A DNA stretch of 64,000 nucleotides from Kofleriaceae bacterium (GTDB lineage Bacteria; Myxococcota_A; Polyangia; Haliangiales; Haliangiaceae), in assembly GCA_965215005.1 (NCBI GenBank), contig CBDCCZ010000061.1:32001-96000 (forward strand). Direction: 5' to 3'. Of the stretch, positions 34,063 to 50,671 are shown piece after piece; positions within the stretch are counted from its first letter, which is position 1; each line of letters starts with the position of its first letter. Made by a program: the position numbers and the translations under genes. The notes under the pieces are model-generated. The model saw nothing but the letters and a program-made list of their open reading frames with translations. It was not told the origin of the DNA and did not search any database.

Positions 34063-35544
34063 GTGAATAAGCCCTCGGTGTTGCTCGCGGTCCGCTCGCT
34101 CCTGCAGAGCGAGATCGATGTCGAGGTGCTACTAGCGCACATCGTCGAGCGCATCAGCGACGCCTTGAGCGCTGACCGAGCGACCTTGTTCCTCGTCGAT
34201 CTCGTGCGCTCGGAGCTCTACTCGAAAGCCGCGCAGCTGCCCGAGCTAGCAGAGATCCGCTTGGCCATTGGTCAAGGTCTTGCTGGCCACGTTGCCGCGA
34301 CGGGTCGCGCGATTTCGATCCGCAACGCCCAACGCGACCAGCGCGCCTTCCTCGAGGTCGACGCCACGACTGGCTACACCACCACCTCGGTGCTGGCAGT
34401 GCCCATCTTCGCGCACGAAACCAACAGCGAGTCTGGTCGTGGTCGGCACGTCGTAGGCGTGTTGCAGGTTCTCAACAAACGCGGCGGCGCCTTCGACGAT
34501 AGCGACCAAGCACTCCTAGAAGCGCTGGCGATGGAGGTCGGCGAGGCGCTTGCGGTGACGCATCTGGACGACAGTCGTGAGCGACCGCTGCGCTTCAACA
34601 AGATCATCGGCGCGTCGCCGGCGATGCGAGCCATCTACGAAGTGGTTGACAGTGCTGCCAGCACCGACGCGACGGTCCTCATCTTAGGCGAGAGTGGCAC
34701 CGGCAAAGAGCGCGTTGCCCGCGCGATACACGTCAACAGCGGCCGCACCGAGGGCCCCTTCGTGCGGCTCGACTGCACCGCCATTCCCGAAGGACTCATC
34801 GAAGCCGAGCTGTTTGGTCATGAGAAAGGCGCCTTCACGGGCGCCCAGCGGCGCGTGCTCGGCAAATGCGAGCTGGCGCACGGCGGCTCGCTGTTTCTCG
34901 ATGAGCTCGGTGAGCTACCGCTAGCGCTGCAAGCCAAGTTGCTCCGCTTCATACAAGAACGCGAGCTCGAGCGGGTTGGCGGCCGCGAAGTCATCAAGAC
35001 CGACGTTCGCGTCATCGCCGCGACCAACCGCGATCTCTCACAGATGGTGCACGAGGGCCAGTTTCGCCGCGATCTCTACTACCGCATCAAGGTCGTCACC
35101 GTAGAGCTTCCGCCCCTGCGCGAGCGCGGCGGCGGCGACCTCGAGCTGCTCGCCCGTCACTTCCTGGCCCACTACGCCCGCCGGCATCGGCGCCCCGCAC
35201 GCGCCTTCTCGCGGGAGGCGATGACGCTGCTCGCCAGTCATCGTTGGCCCGGCAACATTCGCGAGCTCGAACACTGCGTCGAGAGCGCGGTGGTGTTCTG
35301 TCACGGGCCGGTGATTCAGCCGGCGCATCTATCCGTGCCCCAGGAGGCGGTCGCGGTGGCAGAATGGGACGAGATGAGCCCGCACGAGAGCGTGCCCTCG
35401 GGTCTCACGCTCGCCGACGTCGAGAAGCGCTACATCCTTCGAACGCTCGCCGAGCACGGCGACAACCGGACCCGCACCGCCGAGGTCCTCGGCATCGGGC
35501 GCAACACCTTGGCGCGCAAGCTGCGAGGGTACGGCATCGCCTGA
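34063..35544 (+). CDS. GAF-domain sigma-54-dependent enhancer-binding protein
   Basis: GAF with [31 protein letters not shown] and Fis HTH. Confidence 0.92.
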   Translation: MNKPSVLLAVRSLLQSEIDVEVLLAHIVERISDALSADRATLFLVDLVRSELYSKAAQLPELAEIRLAIGQGLAGHVAATGRAISIRNAQRDQRAFLEVDATTGYTTTSVLAVPIFAHETNSESGRGRHVVGVLQVLNKRGGAFDDSDQALLEALAMEVGEALAVTHLDDSRERPLRFNKIIGASPAMRAIYEVVDSAASTDATVLILGESGTGKERVARAIHVNSGRTEGPFVRLDCTAIPEGLIEAELFGHEKGAFTGAQRRVLGKCELAHGGSLFLDELGELPLALQAKLLRFIQERELERVGGREVIKTDVRVIAATNRDLSQMVHEGQFRRDLYYRIKVVTVELPPLRERGGGDLELLARHFLAHYARRHRRPARAFSREAMTLLASHRWPGNIRELEHCVESAVVFCHGPVIQPAHLSVPQEAVAVAEWDEMSPHESVPSGLTLADVEKRYILRTLAEHGDNRTRTAEVLGIGRNTLARKLRGYGIA

Positions 35545-35629
35545 GCAGCGCGGCGCGTTTGGCCGCACTGCTCGCGAATCGCCGCTGCTCGCTGGGCGCC
35601 GCGAGAGGTATCTGTTAAGGTGCGCCGCC

Positions 35630-36574
35630 GTGGCCGAATCCGGGTCGATATTCGACAAGTCGCTCATCCTCGTGGGCGGCAAAGGTGGTGTGGGACGAAG
35701 CACCGTGGCCGCGGCGATCGCGCTGGCCTCGGCGCGCCGAGGCCGCCGCACGCTCCTCTTCGAAGCCAACGCCAATGACCGCTTCGGCGGCTACTTCGGC
35801 CAAAGCGCAGTGGGCACGTCGATCACACGGCTGACGGATAATCTGCACGCTGTGAACACCAGCCCAGCCGCGGCGCTCGAGGAGTACGGCCTGATGGTCC
35901 TCAAGTTCCGCCGGGTGTACAAGATGGTGTTCGAAAATCGACTCACCAAGTACTTCCTGCGCGCCATTCCAGGGCTGGATGATTACTCCATCATCGGCAA
36001 GGCCTGGTACCACACCACGGAAAAAGACTGGGACACCGTGGTGTTCGATATGCCGGCCAGCGGCCACAGCCTATCGATGTTGCGCATCCCGCAGGTCATC
36101 CTCGACACGGTTCCCGAGGGGCCGCTAACGCGCGACGCGGCTACCTTGCGCGCGCTGTTGATCGATCCGGCGCGCACCGCGGCCGTGGTAGTCACGCTCG
36201 CCGAAGAGATGCCCGCCAATGAAGCGCGCGAGCTCACCGATACGATGCGCTCGGAGCTCGGCATCGGCGTTCAGCACCTCATCGTCAATCAGATCTATCC
36301 AGAGCGCTTCGTCGCTGGGACGCCATCTATGCAGGTGGTCGAAGCGCTCGACCGCCACGTCTCTCGCGGCACCGAGGTCGATGCAGATCTCCTCGCGCTG
36401 CATGCGCACGCAAGCCTCGGTCGTAGCCGGCGTGAGCTCAACGAGCGGTATTTAGCGCTGCTCGCCGACACCGTCCCGGCGCGGCAGACCCAGCTGCCGC
36501 TGCTATTCACGCCGCAGCTCGAGCGTGCCCACATCCGCCAGCTTTCCGAGCACCTCGCGGGCGCCCTCGAGTAG
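35630..36574 (+). CDS. ArsA/Get3-family ATPase with an atypical Walker A
   Basis: [28 protein letters not shown] and IVN motifs. Confidence 0.85.
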   Translation: MAESGSIFDKSLILVGGKGGVGRSTVAAAIALASARRGRRTLLFEANANDRFGGYFGQSAVGTSITRLTDNLHAVNTSPAAALEEYGLMVLKFRRVYKMVFENRLTKYFLRAIPGLDDYSIIGKAWYHTTEKDWDTVVFDMPASGHSLSMLRIPQVILDTVPEGPLTRDAATLRALLIDPARTAAVVVTLAEEMPANEARELTDTMRSELGIGVQHLIVNQIYPERFVAGTPSMQVVEALDRHVSRGTEVDADLLALHAHASLGRSRRELNERYLALLADTVPARQTQLPLLFTPQLERAHIRQLSEHLAGALE

Positions 36575-36612
36575 CAATCTGTCGCCGTCGTTGGTGTACG
36601 CTGTGGAGCGTG

Positions 36613-37032
36613 ATGCCAGCGCTCCGCAGCGGATTTCTGCTCGCCCTAGCATGCCTGCCGGCGTGCTCGAGCCTCTCGACCGTGCGGCTTCAGCCCGAGA
36701 CCGTGCACGTTGCTGCCGGCTTGCGCCCCATCGCCGCCATCGAGGCCAACGCCATCAGCGCCTATGTCGCCTTCATTCCACTGCCCGGCGGCGTCGACCT
36801 CGATCGGGTAGTCAATCGAATGCTCGTAGTCGCTGCCAAGACCATGGGCGCCGACAAAATCGCACAGCTCGACTTCGACATCACCCCCGACGGTGGCATC
36901 TGGGCGCTGCGTAAGCTGCTTGGCTGGCGCACCGCGCGCGCCTCGGCAATCGCCGTGCAAATCACCGAGCCGGCACCGGATCCGGAGGCCGACGCTGGTC
37001 CAGAGGCGCCCTCTCCGCTCTCCAACCTCTGA
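36613..37032 (+). CDS. Small lipoprotein of unknown function
   Basis: Signal with LPAC lipobox; AKTMGAD segment reminiscent of YbjQ/TRL-like folds. Confidence 0.65.
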   Translation: MPALRSGFLLALACLPACSSLSTVRLQPETVHVAAGLRPIAAIEANAISAYVAFIPLPGGVDLDRVVNRMLVVAAKTMGADKIAQLDFDITPDGGIWALRKLLGWRTARASAIAVQITEPAPDPEADAGPEAPSPLSNL

Positions 37033-37047
37033 TACACTTGCAGCGGC

Positions 37048-37971
37048 GTGAGGTCGTCGCCGCCCGTTGTCGTGCTCGCAGCGCTGGTTTACGCTGCCGT
37101 GCCCGCAGCCGCGGATCCGAAGACCGCTAGTAATGAGATCGCACGTGATCCCGCCGCCGTGAGCGTCGGAGCAGTCGATCGTCGCATCGCGGTGGTTCCC
37201 TTCGAAGCGCTCGGAATGGATCCAGAGCCGGTGTCCCGCCTCGAGACGCTGTTTCGCATCGAGCTCGATCGCCTCGCCAAGGCGCCGCTCGCAACTCGCC
37301 GCGAAGTGCAGTACCTGCTGCGCAACGCGCCCGAGCTCGCAAGCTGCGGCGGCGCCGATACGTGTCTGGCGGCGATTGGCAAGCAATTGGGAGTCGACGC
37401 CGTGGTCGCAGGCAGCGTCGCCGGCCTGGGTAACTCCTTCATCATCGACCTCAAGCTCGTCGACGTCGCCAGCGGCGAGCAGCTTCGTCGAGTGGCCACA
37501 GAGCCGCTGCGCAACCGCCCCGATGCGCTGATCGATTCGGTGCGCGTGGCGGCGTATCGGCTGCTCGCACCGCAAGAATTGGTCGGCGCGATCGCGGTGC
37601 TCACCGACCTGCCCGGCGCGCAGGTCTTGCTCGACGGCGAGACCGTCGGCGTCACGCCCCTGGACGGACCACTCACCCGCGTTGCCCTCGGCCAGCACAA
37701 CCTGCGGGTCGTGGCAGCTGGATACGCTCCGTTCCAAGAGTCGGTCGCGGTGCGCTTCCAGAAGACGTCCCAGGTGGTGGTGCGATTGACGGCTGCTGCA
37801 GCGCTGCAGCAAACTACCGCCAATTCAAAAGATTCGCGCAGCTGGTATCGCACGCCCCTCCTCTACCTCGGAGCCGGGCTTGCTGCCGGCCTTCTCGGCG
37901 GCTACCTCGGCTATCGACTCACCAGCGACACCGTCATCGACTGCAACGCGGAGCCGATGCCGTGCCGGTGA
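37048..37971 (+). CDS. PEGA-domain protein with a C-terminal membrane anchor
   Basis: Signal peptide; C.G...CLA.IG; GAQVLLDG...GVTP...GQHNLRV..GY PEGA motif; WY + TM helix. Confidence 0.85.
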   Translation: MRSSPPVVVLAALVYAAVPAAADPKTASNEIARDPAAVSVGAVDRRIAVVPFEALGMDPEPVSRLETLFRIELDRLAKAPLATRREVQYLLRNAPELASCGGADTCLAAIGKQLGVDAVVAGSVAGLGNSFIIDLKLVDVASGEQLRRVATEPLRNRPDALIDSVRVAAYRLLAPQELVGAIAVLTDLPGAQVLLDGETVGVTPLDGPLTRVALGQHNLRVVAAGYAPFQESVAVRFQKTSQVVVRLTAAAALQQTTANSKDSRSWYRTPLLYLGAGLAAGLLGGYLGYRLTSDTVIDCNAEPMPCR

Positions 37972-38864
37972 GCCACCGCGCCGGGCCCGTGTGCATGCTC
38001 ATCGCGCTGCTCGCGTGGAGCCACCGCGGGCACGCCGACAACGTCGCGCTGGCGCCGGTGGCGCGCCTCGGCAACGAGCCAACCAGTCCCGACGATAGCG
38101 AGCTCGAGCAGCACTTGGCCCGGGCGTTGGCCAACGTACCCGGTGTTGAGGTCATCGCCGGCGCCGAGCTTCGGCGTGCGCTCGTCCACCAGCCGCGACT
38201 GCGTGGCTGCGACGGCGACGTCGCGTGCCTCGCCGAGCTCGGCCGGGTCGCCAACGCCGCGCGCGTCGTCTATGCCGAAGCAGGCGATCTCGGGCCTATG
38301 CGCCTGGTGTATCTCGCTCTCGTCGACGTCGCCAGCGGTCGCGAGCTCGGCTCCACCACCCTCACGCTAACGCCCCAAGACCCAGATGCAGCACGCGCCG
38401 CGGCCTTCCGCTTGCTCTCGCCAGAACGCTACCTCGGACGACTCGTGCTCGACATTGCACCATCCGGTGCCGTGGTGTTCATCGATGGCCGCCGCGTCGC
38501 CACCACGCCCACCGAGCCTCTCGCGCTCCCCGTCGGCTCTCACGCGGTGCGCATCACCCACCCCGAGCGCCGCGACTTCGTCCGGTTCGCCGACATCGAG
38601 TTCGACCGCGACACCACCCTTGCCGCGACGCTGCCGTCCTACCCGGTGATCGCGAGCGACCTCGTGCAGCATTCCGTACGCGCTCGAGCCGCCGCACCCT
38701 CGCCCTGGTATCGACGCTGGTACGTCATCGCCGGCGCCAGCGCCGCGGTGTTGCTCACCACCGCCCTCGTCACCGCCGCCTTGACCGCCGGCATCGAGGC
38801 CGACCGCCAGCGAGTCATCGACGTGCCCACAGCCAACCTGCGAGCGCCGCTGCTGCGTTTCTAG
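37968..38864 (+). CDS. PEGA-domain protein (tandem paralog)
   Basis: CDGDVACLAELG; GAVVFIDG...TTP...GSHAVRI; PWYRRWY + TM helix; GTGA overlap with the upstream gene. Confidence 0.85.
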   Translation: MSHRAGPVCMLIALLAWSHRGHADNVALAPVARLGNEPTSPDDSELEQHLARALANVPGVEVIAGAELRRALVHQPRLRGCDGDVACLAELGRVANAARVVYAEAGDLGPMRLVYLALVDVASGRELGSTTLTLTPQDPDAARAAAFRLLSPERYLGRLVLDIAPSGAVVFIDGRRVATTPTEPLALPVGSHAVRITHPERRDFVRFADIEFDRDTTLAATLPSYPVIASDLVQHSVRARAAAPSPWYRRWYVIAGASAAVLLTTALVTAALTAGIEADRQRVIDVPTANLRAPLLRF

Positions 38865-38931
38865 AGCTCGACAATGTCAGACGGCTGCGCTGTGGGGACG
38901 CATACAGCCGCTCGCAAGGCACTGCCGCCCC

Positions 38932-39879
38932 TCACTGCAGCAGCGCGTAGATGCGGTTGATTCGGGCGTTCGCGCGGCTGAAGTCACCATCGCCATAGCT
39001 GGCGGTGGCCTGACGGAACAGCTCGTCCACCTCGCTTTGCAGCGCCGACGGTAGCGTGCGGCCTTTGACGGCGGCGCTGAGGCGGCTGATTTTCTGCGCG
39101 ACGAACGCTTTGTCGATGGCGGCGGTGCGAACCGTCGCGAGCAGCTGCGTGGCGGCGAAGCGGGCGCGACCGAAATCGCCTTCGGCCATGGCGGCTGTCG
39201 CTTCTTTCTCCAGACCCTGCGCGGGAGCCGGCAAGTCGCTGGCAAGAATGCCTTTGCGACTCATTGTCTGCCGCGCATTGGCCAGCAGCGGTTCGACATC
39301 GCGTTTGCGATACGTCGTGCCCTTCGCGGGGGCCTGTTGAATGATGGTCGTCGGGCCAGCGGCGCAGGTGTCGCGCTCGCGAATGGCTAACGTGCGCTCG
39401 CGGCCCGCCATGGCTTCCTCGCGCGTCGCAATGCGTTCCTCGCGCGCGGCCAACACCCGCTCGCGCGCGGCTATCGCCGATTCACGCGCTACTACCTTGG
39501 CCTCACCACCGCTCGCTGCGCTGAGCGCCTCCATCATTGCTCGGCGCTGCGCGAGCACCCTGTCGAGCTTGTCGTTGAGCGCGCTCTCTTCGTGATCGAG
39601 CTCGCGCTCTTGGCTCGCCAGCGCACTCGCCTTCTGATCGAGCTCCGCTGGATTTCCGCCCTCGGCGAGCATCGAACGCCGCCTATCAGCAAGGTCATCG
39701 CGCTCGCGCGCCAGCTGCTGCCGACTCTTTAGCAGCGCATCGCGGCGGGCGAGCAGATCCTCTTCTTCCGAGCCCAACTGCGACGTCGCAACGGTGTCGT
39801 CGGCGGGCGTATCGCTACCTTGGCAACCGCCGGCCATCCCCCCCATCAGGAGCAGCACGCACGTCCAAACTCCGCGCAT
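38932..39879 (-). CDS. Coiled-coil lipoprotein of unknown function
   Basis: Signal ending in AGGC; heptad-spaced RE repeats (ARESAIAARERVLAAREERIATREE). Confidence 0.75.
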   Translation of the reverse strand: MRGVWTCVLLLMGGMAGGCQGSDTPADDTVATSQLGSEEEDLLARRDALLKSRQQLARERDDLADRRRSMLAEGGNPAELDQKASALASQERELDHEESALNDKLDRVLAQRRAMMEALSAASGGEAKVVARESAIAARERVLAAREERIATREEAMAGRERTLAIRERDTCAAGPTTIIQQAPAKGTTYRKRDVEPLLANARQTMSRKGILASDLPAPAQGLEKEATAAMAEGDFGRARFAATQLLATVRTAAIDKAFVAQKISRLSAAVKGRTLPSALQSEVDELFRQATASYGDGDFSRANARINRIYALLQ

Positions 39880-39951
39880 TGATCCTCATCGTACCATCCC
39901 CATTCGCCAGAACCGCGCACCCATTCGCGAACCCCGCGGCGCCACTTTGTT

Positions 39952-39977
39952 GATGCGGCATCTAACGCATTGCGTTA
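39952..39977. promoter_or_regulatory. Adjacent palindromes upstream of gltB (candidate operator)
   Basis: GATGC-G-GCATC (39952-39962) and TAACGCA-T-TGCGTTA (39963-39977). Confidence 0.4.
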
Positions 39978-40049
39978 AGCTGCGCCCGTTGCGCGCGACC
40001 CACGAGCACCCGCCGGCTGGGCAACCGCGGCTCGACATTGGAGGCTAGG

Positions 40050-46087
<6,038 letters not shown>

Positions 46088-46213
46088 GGCGCAACATTTC
46101 CGCGATCGCGGCCGCGGTACCAGCCACTCGCCGCCTACCTCGCCCCTGGCCCGCGCACCCGCCGCTGGCTTGCGACGCTAGTCACCAGCAGACTTCTGAT
46201 ACTCTAATCTGGC

Positions 46214-47972
46214 ATGGTAGTGGGCCTGGACGCGGAAGCGACGCGAACGACGCTTGGGTCGCATACGTCCGGACCGACCGTGGCGACCGCACCGCCACTC
46301 ACCGCCGCCTCCACTTCCCAAGTTCGCACACCGCTCGATGCGTTGGCGGCCGAAGAGCACAAGCGCATCCGCAACTACGCGGTGTTCTCCGTCGCGCTCA
46401 CCGGCTCGGCGCTGCTCACCTTGCCGCTGCTAGGCGGCGATGAGCTCGCCAAAGTCCTCCATGCGCTCGGTCTCAGCGCCTCGCTCGTGAGCGCCGGCTG
46501 GGTGCTGCGAGCGCTTTCGACGCGCGGCAACGAGCGCGGCGTGTTGTCGACAGCGCTCGGCTTTCTCACCCTGCCCGCGCTCATCAGCGGCTACTTGTAT
46601 TGGGGCGAGCTATCGGCCGCCGCGATGATCATTCCGCTGGCGACGGTCTTCTTCGGCATGGGCCAAAGCTTCGCAAGTGGGCTCGCGGTGCTCCTCGGCT
46701 GCCTGGTGCCGCAAGCGGTGATGAGCATTGCGATCGCCGCCGGCTGGATGCACGACCGCTCGCTGATTCACCTCGGTCTCGATCAGCCGCTCGAGCGGCT
46801 TGCGGTGACCGGACTAATCCAGATGATTGGCGTCACCTCGTTCATTCTCACCCGCCAGATACGTCGCGAGACCTTGCAGTCGATGACGGCTCTAGAACGC
46901 GCCAGTCGCGCCGCAGCACAGCGAGAAGCGTTGCTCGCCGAGGCTCGCGAACAGCTGCAGCTGGCCGCCCGCGTCGGCGGTCCCGGGCGCTTCACCGAGC
47001 AGATCATCGGCTCATTTCGGACTCGGCGTGATCATCGGCCGCGGCGCGATGGGCGAGGTCTACGAAGCCGCGCACGTGCATTCCGGCGAAGCCGCCGCTG
47101 TGAAGCTCCTGCATCCCCATTTACTCGTGCCCTCGCACATCCAGCGCTTCTTGCGTGAGGTGGAGATCTCCCGCGCGATTCGTTCCGAGCACGTCGTGCA
47201 CGTTCTCGAGGTGCCTTCGGGCGACGCGCCGATGCCGTACCTCGCGATGGAGCGACTGCACGGCGAGACGTTGAGCGAGTGCTTTGCGCCATCAGCCGCG
47301 ACTACCCACCACCGAGGTCCTCGCGCTGATGCGCGATCTCGCCAGTGGCGTGACAGCAGCCCATGCCGCCGGCATCGTGCACCGCGATCTCAAGCCAGCC
47401 AACCGTGTTCCGCCATCGGCCGCTGCGATCGAGCCGCGAGACCTGGAAGATTCTCGACTTTGGCGTCTCCAAGCTCGCCGAAGGCTCGGGCACCCTCACC
47501 GCGGGTCGCATCGTCGGAACGCCCGCGTATATGGCACCGGAGCAGGCACGGCGGTCACGCCGTGGGTCCGGCCGCCGACATCTACGCACTCGGCGCCATT
47601 GCCTATCGCGCGCTCACCGGCCGACCTGCGTACACCGGCACCGATCCCGCGACCATCGTCCATAGCGTCATCTACATGATGCCGCCACGGCCCTCCGATA
47701 CCTCGTCCCTGCCGACCATCTTCGACCTGGTGTTGGCGGTGGCCATTGCCAAGCAACCCGAGGATCGCTTCGAGTCGCCCGAGGCGCTGGTGGCAGCGCT
47801 GGAGAGCGCGGCGCGCGGCGTGGTCGAGCCGCCCGTTCGGCAGAAAGCGCGGCGTGTGCTGCGAAGGACCCCGTGGGAAAACCGGCGGGGCAAAGCCGCC
47901 AAGGCCAGCTCGAAACAAGCAACCGAACGACTCGAGACGGTGAACGACTCCGACTCCGCCGCGGTGCGATGA
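46214..47972 (+). CDS. Ser/Thr kinase with an N-terminal multi-TM domain; four apparent +1 frameshifts
   Basis: After correction at ~47020, ~47284, ~47404 and ~47551: [37 protein letters not shown] and DIYALG. Confidence 0.85.
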
Positions 47973-48039
47973 GCGGCCGACGACGAGCCGGGGCGGGCGC
48001 CGCTCGCATCCGCGCAGTCGAGCAGGTAGCATCGACGTG

Positions 48040-49474
48040 ATGGCGTACCCGCAGGTCGTTCGAGTCTTTGCTACCACGCAGGATCCCCGACTACGACGGT
48101 CCGTGGCAGACGCGAACGCCGGTATCGAGCACCGGCTCAGGCGTCGTGATCGGCCGCGGCGAGATCCTCACCGGCGCGCACGTGGTCGCCAACGCCACGT
48201 TCCTGCAAGGTGCAAAAGATCTCCGATCCGAACAAGTCGATCGCCCGTGTCAAAGCGGTGTGCCATGACTGCGATCTCGCGCTACTCGAGGTCGTTACCC
48301 CCGGCTTCCTCGACGACATCGAGCCCCGCGCAGGTCGGTGAAGCTCTCGGACTTGCGCGATAAGGTCTCGGTGGTCGGATTCCCAATCGGCGGCGATGAA
48401 GTGTCAATCACCGAGGGTGTCGTGTCTCGCATCCGAGGTGCAGCGCTACTCGCACTCGCAACGGTTTCTTCTCGCGGTCACCGTCGACGCCGCGATCAAT
48501 CCCGGCAACAGCGGCGGCCCAGTGTTCGCCGATGGCTACAAGGTCGTCGGAAATCGCCTTCCAGAAGCTGAGCGGTGCCGAGAATATCGGCGAGATGGTG
48601 CCGCCGCCGATCATCCACAATTTCCTCGACGGCGTGCGTCGCGGTGCAGCTGCCGGTTCCACGCGGCGAATGGATCTGCCGGGGCTCGGCATCGCCCAGC
48701 CAAAACCTCGAGAACCCGCGGCTGCGCCGCCGTCTGGGCCTACGCGATGACGAAAGCGGGGTGATGGTGGTGTCGGTGGAATATGGCGGGTCGTGCTACG
48801 GCGTGCTGCAGCCGCGCGATGCGATCTTGGCCATCGATGGCCTCGCTATCGCCAATAACGGCACGGTTCGCTATCGCCAGCGCTACCGAACCCGCTACGA
48901 CGTCGTCCTCGGCGATCACTTCGTTGGCGACGAGATGAGCTTGACGGTCATGCGGCAAGGCCAGCGCCAAGACGTGCGCATCCGACTCGAGCCGCTCGTC
49001 TATCTCGTGCCGCGCGCGCAGTATGATGTGCAACCGACCTATTTCGTCTACGGCGGTCTGGTTTTCCAAGTCCTCAGCCGCGACTTTCTCGGCACCTGGG
49101 ACAAATGGTGGAACAAAGCCCCGAAGGAATTTCTTTACTACTACTACTCTGGCGTGCGCACTGCCGCCCGCCACGAGGTCGTCGTTCTCACCCAAGTGTT
49201 GGCTGATGAGCTCAACGTCGGTTACGCGCACCTCTACAACGAGGCCATCGAAGAGATCAACGGCCACGTTCCTCGCAACATGCACGACTTCGTGACCGAG
49301 CTCGAGGCCAGCCACGGCGTCATCGAAATTCGCTGCTCCTCGAGCGGCCTCATCGTGCTCGATGCCGACGAAGTCGCCGCCGCCAACCAGCGGATCCTCG
49401 ACCGCTATCACATCGCCCGCGACCGCTCCGAAGACCTGCCCGGCGCTCCCCACAGCGGCGTCATTCACGGCTGA
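48040..49474 (+). CDS. HtrA/DegP-family (plant Deg2-like) serine protease with PDZ domains; seven apparent +1 frameshifts
   Basis: After correction: TGAHVV, DCDLALL, VVGFPIGG, DAAINPGNSGGP catalytic triad motifs; PTYFVYGGLVF second PDZ region. Confidence 0.85.
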
Positions 49475-49530
49475 CCCGGAGCACCAGCGAGCTACTACGG
49501 GCGCCTCAGCGCTCCAGAGGTGCCAACCGC

Positions 49531-50671
49531 ATGGCCAAACTAAAAGTGGAAAGTGCGCGCAAGCGGCGCCTCCGCCGCCGCCGCCGCAGGCCCAAGCCCG
49601 GCGCCGCGCCGGGAACGTTGGTCCGAGGATCCGCACGCGCCGCCAGCGAAGATCTACGTCATCGGCTACGGCCCAACAGGCCTAGAAGAAGCCCCTCTGA
49701 CCGATCTCGCCGAAGTTGGGCCAAGCTGGCAGCAAAAGTGGCCCGTGGTATGGGTCGACGTGCAGGGCACCGGCGACACCAAGAACTTGCGCACGCTCGG
49801 TGAGCTCTTTGGTCTGCATCCGCTGGTGCTAGAAGACATCGCCACGCTCGGACAGCGCCCCAAGGTCGAAGAGTACGAAGACTACAACTTCGTCGTGCTG
49901 CGCATGCTCATCCCCAACTCCGGCTCCGACACCGAGCAGCTCAACATCGTGATGCGCAAGCAGGTCGTCATCACGTTACAAGAGCCCGACTCCGGCGATT
50001 GCCTCAATCCGGTGCGTGAACGTCTTCGACGAGGGCTCGGTCGGCTGCGAACCTGGGGCGCGGACTACCTGGCCTATTGCCTACTCGATGCCGTGGTCGA
50101 TCATTATGGCCCGCACCTCGATTCCTTCAGCGACCGCATCGAGGCGCTCGAGCGAACCATCGTGATGAACCCCGATCCAGTCATCCTGCCGCGGATCTAC
50201 GACCTCAAATACGAGATCGCCCGCCTGCGACGCGTGATTCGGCCCCAGCGTGACGCCATTTCGCGGCTCTACAACGAAGAGATCGCGCTCTTCGCCGACG
50301 ACGTGAAGCCATTTTTGCGCGACTGCCTCGATCACGCGATTCGCTTGATCGAAGTAGTCGAGACCTGCCGCGACGGTGCCTCGAGCCTCACCGACCTCTA
50401 CATGTCGGCGCAGAGCCAGCGAATGAACGAAATCATGAAGGTGCTCACGATGATCGCGACCATCTTCATTCCGCTTTCGTTCATCGTCGGCCTCTATGGA
50501 ATGAACTTCGACTTCATGCCCGAGCTGCATTGGAAGTGGAGCTACCCGCTGGTGCTCAGTGTGATGCTGGTGCTGGTCACTAGCATGCTGGTGTACTTTC
50601 GTCGCAAAGGCTGGCTCGGTGGTGAAACTCCACCCGCGCATGCTCAAGCCGATTCGCTCGACGATGCCTGA
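49531..50671 (+). CDS. corA: Magnesium/cobalt transporter CorA (apparent +1 frameshift at ~49624)
   Basis: PGAAPGTL N-terminus, LHPLVLEDI...QRPKVE, YGMNF and MPEL motifs, two C-terminal TM helices. Confidence 0.93.

Noticed and set aside
35630..36574. Arsenic-resistance operon (ArsA plus the distant ArsR)
   Set aside because: No arsB, acr3, arsC or arsD; the ATPase is single-domain without Cys ligands, and the ArsR is 20 kb away and Cys-free
46214..49630. Cluster of genuine pseudogenes or programmed frameshifting
   Set aside because: All lesions are +1 same-base duplications with no nonsense codons, deletions or slippery heptamers; sequencing error is more parsimonious
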